From Vicugna vicugna (Eukaryota), in contig MU058844.1 of assembly GCA_013265495.1 (NCBI GenBank), positions 9,444,184 through 9,508,183 of the forward strand: a stretch of 64,000 nt of DNA, written 5' to 3'. Both the position numbers and the translations under genes were made by a program. Positions within the stretch are counted from its first letter, which is position 1; each line of letters begins with the position of its first letter. The notes below the pieces were generated by a model, which was not told the origin of the DNA, did not search any database, and was given only the letters and a program-made list of their open reading frames with translations. Of this stretch, positions 37,442-48,999 are shown piece by piece.

Positions 37442-38034
37442 GTATAGCAGTCACCATATGACCTTGGCCTCAGTGATCCTGAGTAGTTGAGCAAATTAGC
37501 TACGGGCAGGATTAGTTGTACACAGATACACATTGAGGTATCCCCAATTTCCTGCTTAGTTTCATTCCCCCAACCACACCCCCTGCCCGTGGGTTTAAAA
37601 ATCTCTGTCTTACACGTATGAACACACTTTCAAAACTGCTTCTCTTGAATTGCTCTCCATTATTTTCAAATGCATTTAATTATTTAAATATATTTAATTA
37701 TATTTGTCTTAGAAGTTTCTCCTGGATATTTTTCAAGATGAGATTTTTTATTTGTAAATTGTACATTTTCCAAAGGTAAAGGAGCTGTAACTAATCAACT
37801 GCCATCTATTCAAACAATACTTTCCTGACCTAGTATTGACGTAGGCCTCTGCTTATTTCGCTGTAAGTCTTTCTTTCATTGTTTGTAGTAGGGGAGGAGG
37901 GCTGGGGTTGATAGTGTGTACCTTTAACTGGTCACAGTCTTCCTTCAAACAATACATTTCCACTTGCTTCCTGCTGCTTGTCATGCTATTACTGTATCTA
38001 TGCTATAAACCCATAATCCCTGCTGCTAATTGTG

Positions 38035-38355
38035 CTTCTAACCACGGCTCACAAGGTAAAGCCCCCAAACCAAATCTGGCCTGTAAGCTAAGAATGTTTT
38101 TTTACATTATTTTAAATGATCAGAAAACTCATCAAATATTTTGTGATGCATGGAAATTGTATTAAATTCAAATTTCCGTGTTTAAAAGTAAAGTTTTATT
38201 GGAACACAGCCATGCTCATCCATTTAAACATTGTCTGTGGCTGCATTTTCGGGCTACAATGGCAGAGTTGAGTAATTGCAACAGAGATCATTTGGTCTAT
38301 GAAGCTTAAACTATTTACTTGCAGACTCCTTACAGGAAATGCTTGCCAACCTCTG
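38035..38355 (+). mobile_element. MER58B-like hAT-Charlie relic
   Basis: GTAAGCTAAGAATG, AAAGTTTTATTGGAACACAGCCATGCTCAT and terminal TTGCCAACCTCTG. Confidence 0.8.
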
Positions 38356-41300
38356 CTTTTAGAGCATTAAAAAAAAAATGGAAAAGAGAAAATGTCTTTC
38401 GTATTTACATTCAGTGGAACCACTTGAGTCGCTCAGCCCTCAGCCTGTCTTCCCTGTGCACTGGTGCCCTAGATGGTTCTTGATCTCTACTCTTTACCAT
38501 CCCCCAGGAGTAGAGCACTGTTGCATGTTTCTTGGTACCTACTTGCCCGGGGTACCGGACAAAGGAGCTTCTCTGTTGTCCTGGCCCAGCCTAGGTCTCG
38601 GAAAGATCCTGTGTCGGGAGCTTTCTCAGTGATCTGGCCTCTCCTTGGTCAACCAGACTAAACTCTGCCTTGGTCGTTGGAGGTTCTTGTGTGGAAGAGC
38701 TCCCTGCCCGTCCCCCGGTGGTAAGAGACCTCTAACAGTATTGGTGTAGGATCTTGGAACTGGGACTGTTTCTTGCCTCCCTGTCCCTCTCCCTTGGGGT
38801 ACAGGGCTTTTGCTTTTATCCATCTCCCAGTTTAGTGGGTCTTCAACTCTCCTCTGAACTCTGATCCATTCTTTCTCATGAGCTCCCAGGAAATGTCTGT
38901 GAAAAAGAGATTGTGAGTTTTTGCTACTCCCAGAGGTTTTATATTCTCATGCTAGCTCACATTTGGACTTTTATCAAACATTGACATCAATTGTTTCAGT
39001 TAAACATTTTAGCTGAATTCTCCTAACCCACTTGTATTGTACCCAGTGTCTCTTCGGCCCATGCTCGGCCACAGATAAGGGACCCTTGCTGTAAGTGGGC
39101 CTGGCTCACTGTCCTTCTCTGCTTGGATGGGTTTCTCTATCCATTACTATTACTGTTTTGCAAAGTTAACTCATCCTATGTGAGCTATAATTCACACTAA
39201 CCTAATTGAGTAAGAAATTGTCTTCCCAGTTGGGAAGACAGACTTTGAAAGCATTTTTGCAGCCTGGTTAATTTTTGGCATTTATTTGCACATCTGAGCA
39301 ACTATTTGGTTAGGCAGACTGTCTTTATGCTGTTGCTCATACTTCAAATTAAAATCTAATTTAGAGACTAATTTGAGTGAATCTGTAATCTGGCAGACTG
39401 AGCTAACACAGAACCTCTCCCAATATACATACATCAAAATGTGCCAGGTAAAATCTAACAATTAAAAAACTGTCTGTATCTCAGATTGCACGTGAGACAG
39501 CATAATCCAGGTTGCCAGGTGCCAGGAATGAAAGAGGAAGTAGAGGCTGGAACAGCAGTGATAGTGAGCTGACATCTTGGTAGATGTGGACAAAGGCAGA
39601 TGACAGGGATGCCAAGTGGTCCCAGACTTAGAAGGAGGCCCTATGGCTGTGGGCAAAGCAGGAACTCAGGGTGACGTGTTAGATCTTCACTATAAGCATA
39701 CCCTAAACCTCATTACTTAGCTTAGAGTCTGAATATATACCAAAGAGTTGGTTCAGGGAACTTTCAAGAAACTTGCATAAAATGCATCCTAGCCTGGGAC
39801 AGGCTAGAGGAGCTAAAACGAAAGCATCCAGCTACATTGGTTTCTCATAGAACAAATCACCCCTGCCGAAGGTGAGCTCACCATTAAACGGTAGAAACTA
39901 ATGAGAAGGAGAGAGAACGTTGAAGTGAGTCAGTGCTGACAACAAACCAGTGGGTGAGTGAGCCCTGTGTTTCGGGTGGAGGGAACAGAAATTCAGAGAG
40001 AAGGTAGTTTCGGTAGAAGAAAAACTAAAAGATCTTGATATAGAAGAAATCAGAAAGAGATGAGAAAATAAGCATATTTATAATGATTTTAAAATGCACT
40101 TTAAAAATAGAAACTATAAGGAAATAACATGACACTGAAAAATAATAGGTAAATTTGAAAAAGATTTTTGAAAAATTTGAAAAAGATTTTTGAAATATAT
40201 GAAAAAAGAATGCTAAAAGAAGATTTTTAAAAGTCAAATGACATTAAATTCTGTTAAAGTTTTGAAAAACTTGAAAACTTCTCTTTATAAGACCATTATT
40301 AGGTATTGACATACAGAAAAAAGTTAGCACCATCTTCATGTTATCTGATGCTGTAGGCTTTTATTAGAGATGACTGTGGAAACTGAAAGGAAGCTATTGT
40401 TTAAGTATTAATACAGCCAGGAACTGGGGGTGAGGCTTATGTTTGGTTTCGATTTTCTGCGATATTAATCTGATCATGTCACTCCTTGAATTATACTCCT
40501 CAGTGGTTTCATCTTCTAACATTTCTTAAAATATCTCCATACTTTCTTAATTTTATTAACTGATCATATGCTAAAAATTATTTCTGAATAGTCTTTCCTC
40601 TTTCCCCACTTATGTCCCAAATCCCTAGAACACAGTCTGGTACACTCAGGTATTTAATAAAAAACTGTTGAGTGAACAGATAAACTTGGGGTCTTGGCAG
40701 TGTTGTCCTCTTTGTGGCAAAGCTCTTCCCTTCTTCTTCCTCCCTTTTCCTGGCAAATTCCTACTTGTCTTCTTAGCATTTAGGTTTCAGATTCCTCAAG
40801 AAATCTTTTCTTGTTCTCTGAGCCTAGTTTAGATCCCTTGGTTTCATGTTTCCATAGCACTTAACAATGCCCTTTTGTAAATTCACTCAATTATTCACTC
40901 AACCAATATTTGCTGAGTGCCTACTATGCCCAACTGCACTTCTAGACCCTGGGGATACAGTAGTGAACACAACAGACATAATTTCAACTCTTGTGAAGCG
41001 TATATTCCTGTGGGATGGGGGTGGATGGCAGACAAAGCCTACACAAGCAAGTACCTAGTACTTCTTATGACGAGAAGTGACGAGAAGAAACATGAAGCCT
41101 GGTTAGAGGGAAGAGATGGTCAGGCAGAGTAGGGGGTGGGGCTGTCTTATACAGGGGACCAGGGAAGTCTTCCTACATTAGATGTAAGTAAATTAGGAGT
41201 TTTCTCTGAGGATAATAGGGGGAAAGCCCAGAGTGGACAGCAAGGTTAAACGCCTTGAGGCAGTAATGTTCTGAAAGTCTTGTAGAAACAGCAATGAGCC

Positions 41301-41359
41301 CCGTGTGAACAAGGGAAAGGGTAGAAAGAGACGAAGATAGACTTTTTTGACAGGTGATT

Positions 41360-41915
41360 TCGTTTTAGGCGTTACAGTTCCCACTGGGATGGGCAGGACC
41401 GAGCAGGGAGGCACTGGCTGTGGGTTCTGGCTGGATCGGCCGGGAACGCCCGGTGCTGCAGGTGCAATCCCCGGGAGGGGCCGCGAGGTGGCGCCAGTCT
41501 GCACAGGACGCCCGAGCGTGTGGGGCCGGAAGTTGGGAGTTGGGCGTCTAGGCGCTTCCACGGGACGCCAGGCCCAGCCCTCCGCAGGGCTGGCGGGCTC
41601 AGGAGCCGCAGAGGGGTTTGGGTCGGAGCCCGGGGCCTTTCCTTGTGGTGCCCATCTGTTGGAGGGGGACTGGGTGCAGCGCAGCCAGCGGCGTGGAGGT
41701 CCACGCCCAGCTCCTTTCCGAGCCCCTTGGGGCGGTCGGGGCAGGGGGGGCCCCAAGCAGCCCAGTCACTACACCGAAGCTGTAAGGAATCCGCCACCGG
41801 GCCCTGTGCCAGCGGCTGCCCAGGGCCATCTCGCCGCCTCCAGGAGGACAGCGACGTGGACGGTTTCGGGGAGCCCAGCCGAGCACTCGAGGTAGGCCCC
41901 TGCGCCCCCGGACTG
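41360..41915. promoter_or_regulatory. Intronic CpG island coinciding with the RHOD retrocopy
   Basis: Hand count of about 45 CpG in about 570 bp of very GC-rich sequence, in an otherwise AT-rich, CpG-poor intron. Confidence 0.7.
41479..41496 (+). promoter_or_regulatory. CTCF-like motif GGCCGCGAGGTGGCGCCA
   Basis: Close match to the CTCF core consensus (CCGCGNGGNGGCAG / CCACCAGGGGGCGC); motif only, no binding data. Confidence 0.5.
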
Positions 41916-42761
41916 GATGAGGCTGAGGCTTGCTATTTTGAGGCCTTTGGCTTTGACTCTAAGATACTAAAGCCGCAGGAAGAATGGTTTTTCGTTGGAA
42001 GGGGCTCTCTCTCTGCTATGTGGACGGTAGGAGTAAATGTTCTATAGGGACATTAGTCATTAAAACAATCCGGGTCAGAGATGACGGTGGTTGGGATCCG
42101 GCTGGTAACAGAAACGGTCGTGGTAAGTGGTCAAATCCTGGACACGTTTGGAAGGCTTAGCCAGCAGGATTGGATGAAACACTGAATATAAGGTGTAGGA
42201 GAAACAAAGCCGTCGCTGGTGAGTCAGGTGTTTGGCCTGAGACTAGAAAGATGAAGTTTCACCTGAGATGGGAAAGACTCTAGAAGGGGAAGGCGGGAGG
42301 GGTCGTGTCCAGGAGGAATATAGATTTTGGACATGTTGAGATATCTACTAGACACTCAAATGAAGAGTTTGAGTTGGCAGCTGTATATAAAATTCTGGAG
42401 CTCAAGGGAAAGGGCAGGATTGAGATAAAATATGGGAATTACTAACGTATAGGTGGTATTTAAAGCCCAGCTGGAGGATGGAAAGATGTGATGTTTGATG
42501 ACTCAGCTTTGGGTAATTCCAACACTTAAAGGTTGAGAAGATGAGGAAGCACCAGCCAGGGAGGGAAGACAAGAGAGTGGTGATCAGAGGCCAAGTAAAC
42601 GAAGTCTTTTAAGACGCTAGGAAGGATTATCTGTGTGAAATGGTAACAGGTGGGGAAAGACGTTGTCTGGAAATTGACCATTGCGATTAGCGGTGTGAAG
42701 GTCATTGATGGTCCTGACGGTTTTTTATAATAGTAGCTAAAAGCTTTATTGATGTAGTCTC

Positions 42762-42995
42762 AAGGGAGGATGATAAACTGGGAGTTCGAAATTTGCAAAT
42801 ATTAACTACTATATATAAAATAAAAAACAAAATTTCTTCCGTATAGTATAGGAAACTGTATTCACTATCTTGTAGTAACCTATAATGAAAAAGAATATGA
42901 ACACAAATACATGCATGTGTATGTATGACTGAAACATACTGTACAGCAGAAATTGACACACTGTAACGGACTAGACTTCAATTTAAAAAATAAGA
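42762..42995 (+). mobile_element. Artiodactyl-type L1 3' end
   Basis: GATAAACTGGGAGTTCGAAATTTGC...TGTACAGCAGAAATTGACACA...CTTCAATTTAAAAAA. Confidence 0.8.
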
Positions 42996-45900
42996 AAAAC
43001 AGAGAGTGAGAACAGGTATTTTAGGGACATTATGAACAGCATTTTGAAGAACTTTGCTTTCAAAGGGAGCAGAATAGCATAGTAGCTGGAGGGAGATGTA
43101 ATACTCAGCATGCTTGAGACTCCTGTGTCTGTAAGAATGATAGAACTACAGTGTCATAACAAACGTGCTCAGCTTGTTGACTGCTTTTTGCCTAGTACTA
43201 ATGCTTGACCCAAAGCAGATGCACCATTAAATATTTCTGGAACAATAAGTACCATTTGAGTTAAAATAATAACCTAAAATTTTTTAATGTTTAGAAATAT
43301 TTCAATAGATGTTGCTTTTTGTTTTAATTGGACAAGAACAAATGAAGTGATCACAGATAATAGGATCATTTCACATCTACTCACCAATTTCCCATCTGGC
43401 TCAATTATGCTGAGCACCACATACTACCTTTATTTCAAGGAAACCATGCAATAATGACAAATCAGTTTGCTGAAAAAGAAGCTTCAGTGCAGGTAGCTTT
43501 CATTATCTACAGCAGAGTTTTTCAGATTGTGGAGAGAAGAAAGTAAATGTATTTCTCATTAGCAGAGTAGACTTAAAGTTTGGAAAGCATCAGAAAACGA
43601 TTAAGTATTTAAAAAGATGTGCAGAGTACCAGAGTTTTGTGTGAAAGGTTGACTCATTGCTAAGTGATGGAACACATTTATTTGGTTTGAGGATGAGTGA
43701 TTGTAGTACCGTAGAATTTAGGCTTGACATCTGGCGAACTACAGAGATGAGTGAAATCATGAAAGATAAGATTAAACATGCAGGTTGCAGATAGACAGAG
43801 GTGATTAGCTTTGATGGGTAATTGAGAGTGAATATTTTGAGCAGCGAAGTGGAATCATCTGAACTGTATATTTATTAACTAATATGAAGTTGGCTGCCGG
43901 ATTGAATGCATGGGGAAGATGAGTGTTTTACAGATATAACTGGGAGATTTTATTGGATGCTCCTTGAAAAAGTTTCGATGGTAAAATGAATTAGGAAATA
44001 CTGGGTTTCCCAAACATCAGGTTAAGAAAAAAACTGTAAGATGTTTCTTTAGCCTGTGATATATGTTGTGAATCTCCAAGTTGTATGGAATATGCAGATC
44101 ATGGAACTCTTTGTTTCAGGAACCCTATTCTTTTGAAACAGTTTGACAGCTTTGAACTGTATTATCATTGTAATCTGGATGACCTAACCTGAATTTGAGG
44201 AGGAGTTATGGGAATGGAAAGGAAGGAAGAGTTAATAAAGAGCATGCCTTATTGACTAATAGGTGCTGAAAACAGGGAGAGGAAAAAGTCACAGGGGAAA
44301 CATTTGGGTCCACAAACTTGATGAGCTTAGCTTAGCTTAACGAACTTTAAGGTGCTGGAGGACAACCAAGTATAAATTAGGGCTTTAACCTGGGAAGCGT
44401 TCAAGGCTGGAAACAAGTTTCGGAAGCACAGACACCATGTAGTATATAGTGCGGGAGAATAATCTGGAAATGATTCGAGCTTGAGTTAGGGATGTTGAAG
44501 AAAAGGTAGCTGTAGATTCCCCCCCCCCAGAAAAAAATGCAGGCTAGAGCAAAAGACTCGTTTTAGAAACGATATGGCAACAAGTACTTGAAAGTAAGCA
44601 TCATTTTCAGTATTCAGACTGAGCTATAAAAAGAAAACCAATGTAAAATCTGTTCTTATGCTCAGCATATTAATTCCCCATGTCAGTAAAGTGGGATACC
44701 TCCTTCAGAAATCCTGACATCCTCAGCATACTTTAGGGCAGTCGGTGTTTTGTGACAAGTCAGGAGTTCCTCACTAGTTCGGTTTTGTCATCCGTCCTGT
44801 GAGTATTACTTCATGAAGAGCCATTGTGTGCACATCAGGACCACAGTCCTACAGTTCCTCTCCCTGACCTTCTCAGAGGTCTACTTTTGGGGCCTCCTTG
44901 TGAACCATTACTCTCAAAGAAGCACTTGTTTCTTATAAATGTGCTTGTAAGCACTTGCAGGTAAATCATGAAAAGTGGAGGAATTTGTAGGATGGCTGAA
45001 AGGCTGAAAAAGCATCACCACCAGAAATAGAACCATTAAAAAAAATATCAGAAACCTGAGATTAAATAAAATACAATACAGTATGTCCTTTGTTGTTTAA
45101 TATCCTTTGCATAATTAAGTCTACCTGCATTTATGTGTAGAAGGAAATGCTCATAGCAAACATGTAGATGCATTTTCAAGGTCAGAATGTAGAGTTTGGA
45201 AGAAAAAGATGGAGCAGACGGTAAGCTCATAGGAAAATGAAGTCAGCCAGCTCTCCCCAGATGGTCAGTTTTTTACTGTTTTTTTTTTTTTCTGTAGTTT
45301 GTGAATTAGGCACCTGTGTTTTCTTCAGCTCACTCCCTGCTGTGTGAATTCTTGCAGTTGACATTTTAATTGCAAATAAAAATAAATCCTGATTTTTTTC
45401 CACCCCTAAAACCCTCATGTTTCTTATTTTTTCTGGGGATGAAATAACATTTATTGATATTTTGAAATTCCTAAAATGCTTATTTGAATTTTACAGTTTA
45501 TTGCCTGGTATGATAGTAGTTGAACTCCCATAAAGGATTTCCTTTTGCACTTCTCAGGAGACTGGCTTGATAATTTTAAAGAACTAATTCAATTAAAAAA
45601 TGTATGTATGTTTTCTATAGGGTGTATTTTTTAAAGGAGAGCTGTGATTCATGATAAAAATAGCCATATTGATTTCATAGCTCATTTAGTTTAAAATGTT
45701 TCTTGAATGTGACAGTCACATGTTAAGTACATCATCCACCCCCATACATAAAAGGAATATAATGCCTTTAAAATACACCATGATTTAAGTAAACAATGTG
45801 GTTTTTCTCAGTCACTGCTTTCGAACTTCTATGGCATTTGAACTGGCATTCTCTTATCAAAATGTCAGATAAAAATAGTAAGGCTACATCTATCAGTGCT

Positions 45901-46844
45901 TAACAAACCAACAAAATAATTTCCTCTTTCTTTTGCATCGTTTATATGCATTAATGTGTTGATATTGAGATGCATGGAGAAAAGGGATCCCTGAGAGAGA
46001 CATATTAGTCTTTTTCTTTACCTGTCAGAGATGCCTTGATAAATGTAACAAAAATAAATGGATTTAAAGCATTATTAAACTGTGATGAAGTTCTTGCACC
46101 TGAGTTAAGGTATTCAGCATGTGTGTAATTAAAGATAATATATCTGCTCAGTAAATTATGGCAGGAGTGGCTTATGTTAATGCCATTTGAAAAATAATGC
46201 CTTTCAAATTAAACTTGTTTATGAGTAATTTGTTTTGCATTTAAAAATGTGAGTTCATATTCAGATTTAAGTGTTGGGATATTATCTTATTCGAAAGATG
46301 AAACAAAGCTAAGCTTATTTAATCTTTTCTCAAATGGAAAAAACCCAGCTATTTGCTATAAATGCAAGACCTTGTTGAACAAATCATTTCAAGTTTATTG
46401 CATTTGCCTGTTTGTTTTGAGTCAATTAGATCCTAATGACTCATGAACTAGAAAAGGTACAAGTATAATTTTAAGGACATCTAGTGGTCTATGGGATTAC
46501 ATTTTTTTTTCCTCTGACAGGAATATATTAAGTTATTTTTAGTCTAATATGAAGTTGCAGCATCTGTTTTTACCCAATTGAAGGTTTTAGTTGTGAATTT
46601 TAAAATTGACTCCTCAGGCTTAGAGTCTACAACCCAGCCTCCAAACTTCATCTCCTAGAACTCCCTTAAAATTACATTTAAAAAATGTTTCTGATAACAT
46701 TTTTATGTGTACAGAGATTGAATTACAGTTTTAGAGTCAGTTCTGAACAGTCTTTTGAGCAGTATGTGTTGAATAGCATTGAGCAAGTCAACTCTGCTCC
46801 AAAATGTTTCCTCCATCTTCTGGACAGATATCTTCTTCTGACCC

Positions 46845-47380
46845 ATTTATTTAATTCAGTCAATATTTAATGAATACCTGTCAAGTTACAGGCCTTCAGC
46901 AAGGCATGGACATCAAAGGAGAATCAAAAACAATCGTGGTTCTTGTTCTCATGAAGCTTACAGTCTCTAGGAGAGAGAGGGAGAGAGACAATAGTCAAAT
47001 AATCATAGTGATAGATGTAAAATTACAGTAACAATAAGTACTGGGAAACAAAGACAGATGGTACTCTGAAAGAACCGTGGCACATGGTAGGCATTTAATA
47101 GTAGGAACAAATTTGTTGGCCAGATTAATGAAAAATGATTGAATGAAAAGGATAACATGGAAAATTATCCTAGAGAACATTTCCCTGAGGAAGTTATGTT
47201 TGAGCTGAGATCTGAAGCATGAATAAGCATTCAGTTGGTAAAGAGTATAGGAAAGAGGGTCTCAAACAAAAATAAAAACAAGGCTTTGTGGCAAAAAAAT
47301 AGACCATGGCAGGTGAAAAAGTGATTCTGTAATAGGAGTTCAAAATAGAACATGGTGTCAGAAGATGCTGGCGTGGTTAG
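46845..47380 (-). mobile_element. L2 fragment
   Basis: CATTTATTTAATTCAGTCAATATTTAATGA reverse tail; CTCATGAAGCTTACAGTCT; TTTGAGCTGAGATCTGAAG. Confidence 0.6.
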
Positions 47381-48565
47381 TCTTTGTTCACAGACAAAAT
47401 GACTGTCTATGTAGAAAATCCTACAAAATCTACCAAAAAGGCTACTAAAACAAATAAGTGACTTTAGTAAGGAGACAAAATATAAGGTTAACATGAAAAT
47501 ATCAATGATATTTCTATATAACAGCAATGAACAGTTGGAACTAAAATTTTAAAAAGTAATATTTATGATAACATTAGAATCATGAAATAGTCACATTTAA
47601 CAAAATTTGTGCAAGAATTAGATCCTAAGAACTACAAACCATTGCTGAGAGAAATTGAAAACTTAAATAAATGGTGTTGTATACTATGTTCTTGGGGTTG
47701 GAGGACTCAACACTCTAAAGATGTCAATTTTTCCCAGATTGTTACATAAATGCAACACAATTCCAGTTTAAATGTTAGCAGTCTTTTTTAGGCAGAATAA
47801 CAATTCACAACTTAATTGTAAGATTTATTTGAAAATGCAGAGGTTGCAGAAGAGCAAAATTGAAAAACAAGAATGGAGTTAGAGGGTTTACGTTACTATT
47901 TCATTTCATAACTTACTCTAAAGATATAGTAAATCAAGAAAGTGTGATATTAGTGCAAGTATTGATATTCAGATCAATTAAAAATCGGATAGAGTTCAGA
48001 AATAGGCCCGCAAATGTATATTGATATTCAACAGTTGTACTGGGGAAGCTCAATGGGGAAAGGCTGGTCCTGTCAATAAATGGTACTATAAAAATTGAAT
48101 ACTCACTTACAGAAAATTGAACCTAACCCTTCACATCATACTCAAAAATCAACTCAAAATGGGTCTAAATCTAAATGTAAGACCTAAAAATATATTCTTT
48201 TAAAAGAAAGTATAGAAGAAACTCTTTGAGACCTTGGGCTAATCCAGGATTTCTTAGGCTGAATGTAAAATGCATGAACCATAATAGAAAATGATAATAA
48301 ATTTTACATTGTTGGTATTGTTAAGAAAGGTATTGTTAAATTTGTAGTTAAAAGATATTGTTAAAAAATTAAAAGACAAGCCAAGAAACAGAAGAAAATA
48401 TTTGCAAAACGTATCTGATAAAGGATTTGTATCTGGAATATGTAAAGAACTCTTAAAACTCAACAATTAAACAAAATAAATTACCCAATTAAAAAATAAA
48501 CACAAGATTTGGATAGACACTTCACTAAAGAAGATGTACAGATGGCAAGTCAGCATATGAAGATG
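47381..48565 (+). mobile_element. Degenerate L1 ORF2 (RT C-terminal part) fragment
   Basis: TCTTTGTTCACAGACAAAATGACTGTCTATGTAGAAAATCCT encodes SLFTDKMTVYVENP (L1 'SLFADDMIVYLENP'); later L1 motifs such as TATCTGATAAAGGATTTGTATC; many stops and frameshifts. Confidence 0.88.
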
Positions 48566-48999
48566 AAAGATGTAGTAGAGATGTGAATATTGATTTAGAA
48601 CATGTTGGAAACATTCTTATGATTGGTACACATTTGTGTATACAGCAAACTATTTTTAGTTAGGACCCAATGACAAAAACAAGTCTGAACAATTTCAACT
48701 AAATATTGAGTACTGTAGTAGAAAAAAGTTCTGGTCTGGGTTTCAGAGTATCTTAGTCCTAGTTCTGGCTTCATCACTGACATTTCAGACTACAAAGTCT
48801 TAAATATGATGAGCCATCACATCCAGTGACAAAGCATCTTTTTTCCTCCTTGCTGAGGTGGCCATTTCTCAGACACCTGCATACCAAGTCCTGAAACGAG
48901 TCTCTATTATCAGATAGTATTCAATGTTGGATGAGAATACCTATTTGGTTATGGAAGCGTATAATTTAATCTAAATCCTGAAGTTAAATAATAAATAAA

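Larger units (their letters stand above)
41343..41915 (-). pseudogene. RHOD: 5'-truncated processed pseudogene (retrocopy) of RHOD: last ~50 codons, 3'UTR and poly(A) remnant
   Basis: Minus strand from 41915 reads QSGGAGAYLECSAGLPETVHVAVLLEA(A), then after a 1-nt frameshift near 41833 EMALGSRWHRARWRIPYSFGVVT, versus recalled RhoD C-terminus RSVGAVAYLECSARLHDNVHAVFQEAAEVALSSRGRNFWRRITQGFCVVT*; followed by ~410 nt of GC-rich UTR-like sequence ending in A6 (T6 at 41343-41348); interrupts an L2. Confidence 0.88.
40883..43100 (-). mobile_element. L2 element interrupted by the RHOD retrocopy (41343-41915) and by an L1 3' end (about 42762-42995)
   Basis: Reverse L2 tail at 40883 (TTCACTCAACCAATATTTGCTGAGTGCCTACTATG); L2-like sequence resumes after 41930 (GGCCTTTGGCTTTGACTCT; TTTTGGACATGTTGAG). 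Confidence 0.7.

Noticed and set aside
38400..40200. Moderately GC-rich segments that could be exons
   Set aside because: No coherent ORF or splice pairs; they look like decayed L1/HAL1 5' regions, but the family could not be assigned with confidence.
41193..42047. Five ORFs of 95-187 aa over the intronic GC-rich segment as a novel protein gene
   Set aside because: Explained by the GC-rich RHOD retrocopy; only the minus-strand 41599..41886 frame carries a short piece of real RhoD homology, and the GTPase core and CAAX Cys are missing.
48650..48659. Perfect MEF2-like site CTATTTTTAG
   Set aside because: Single short motif in AT-rich DNA between L1 relics; expected by chance.
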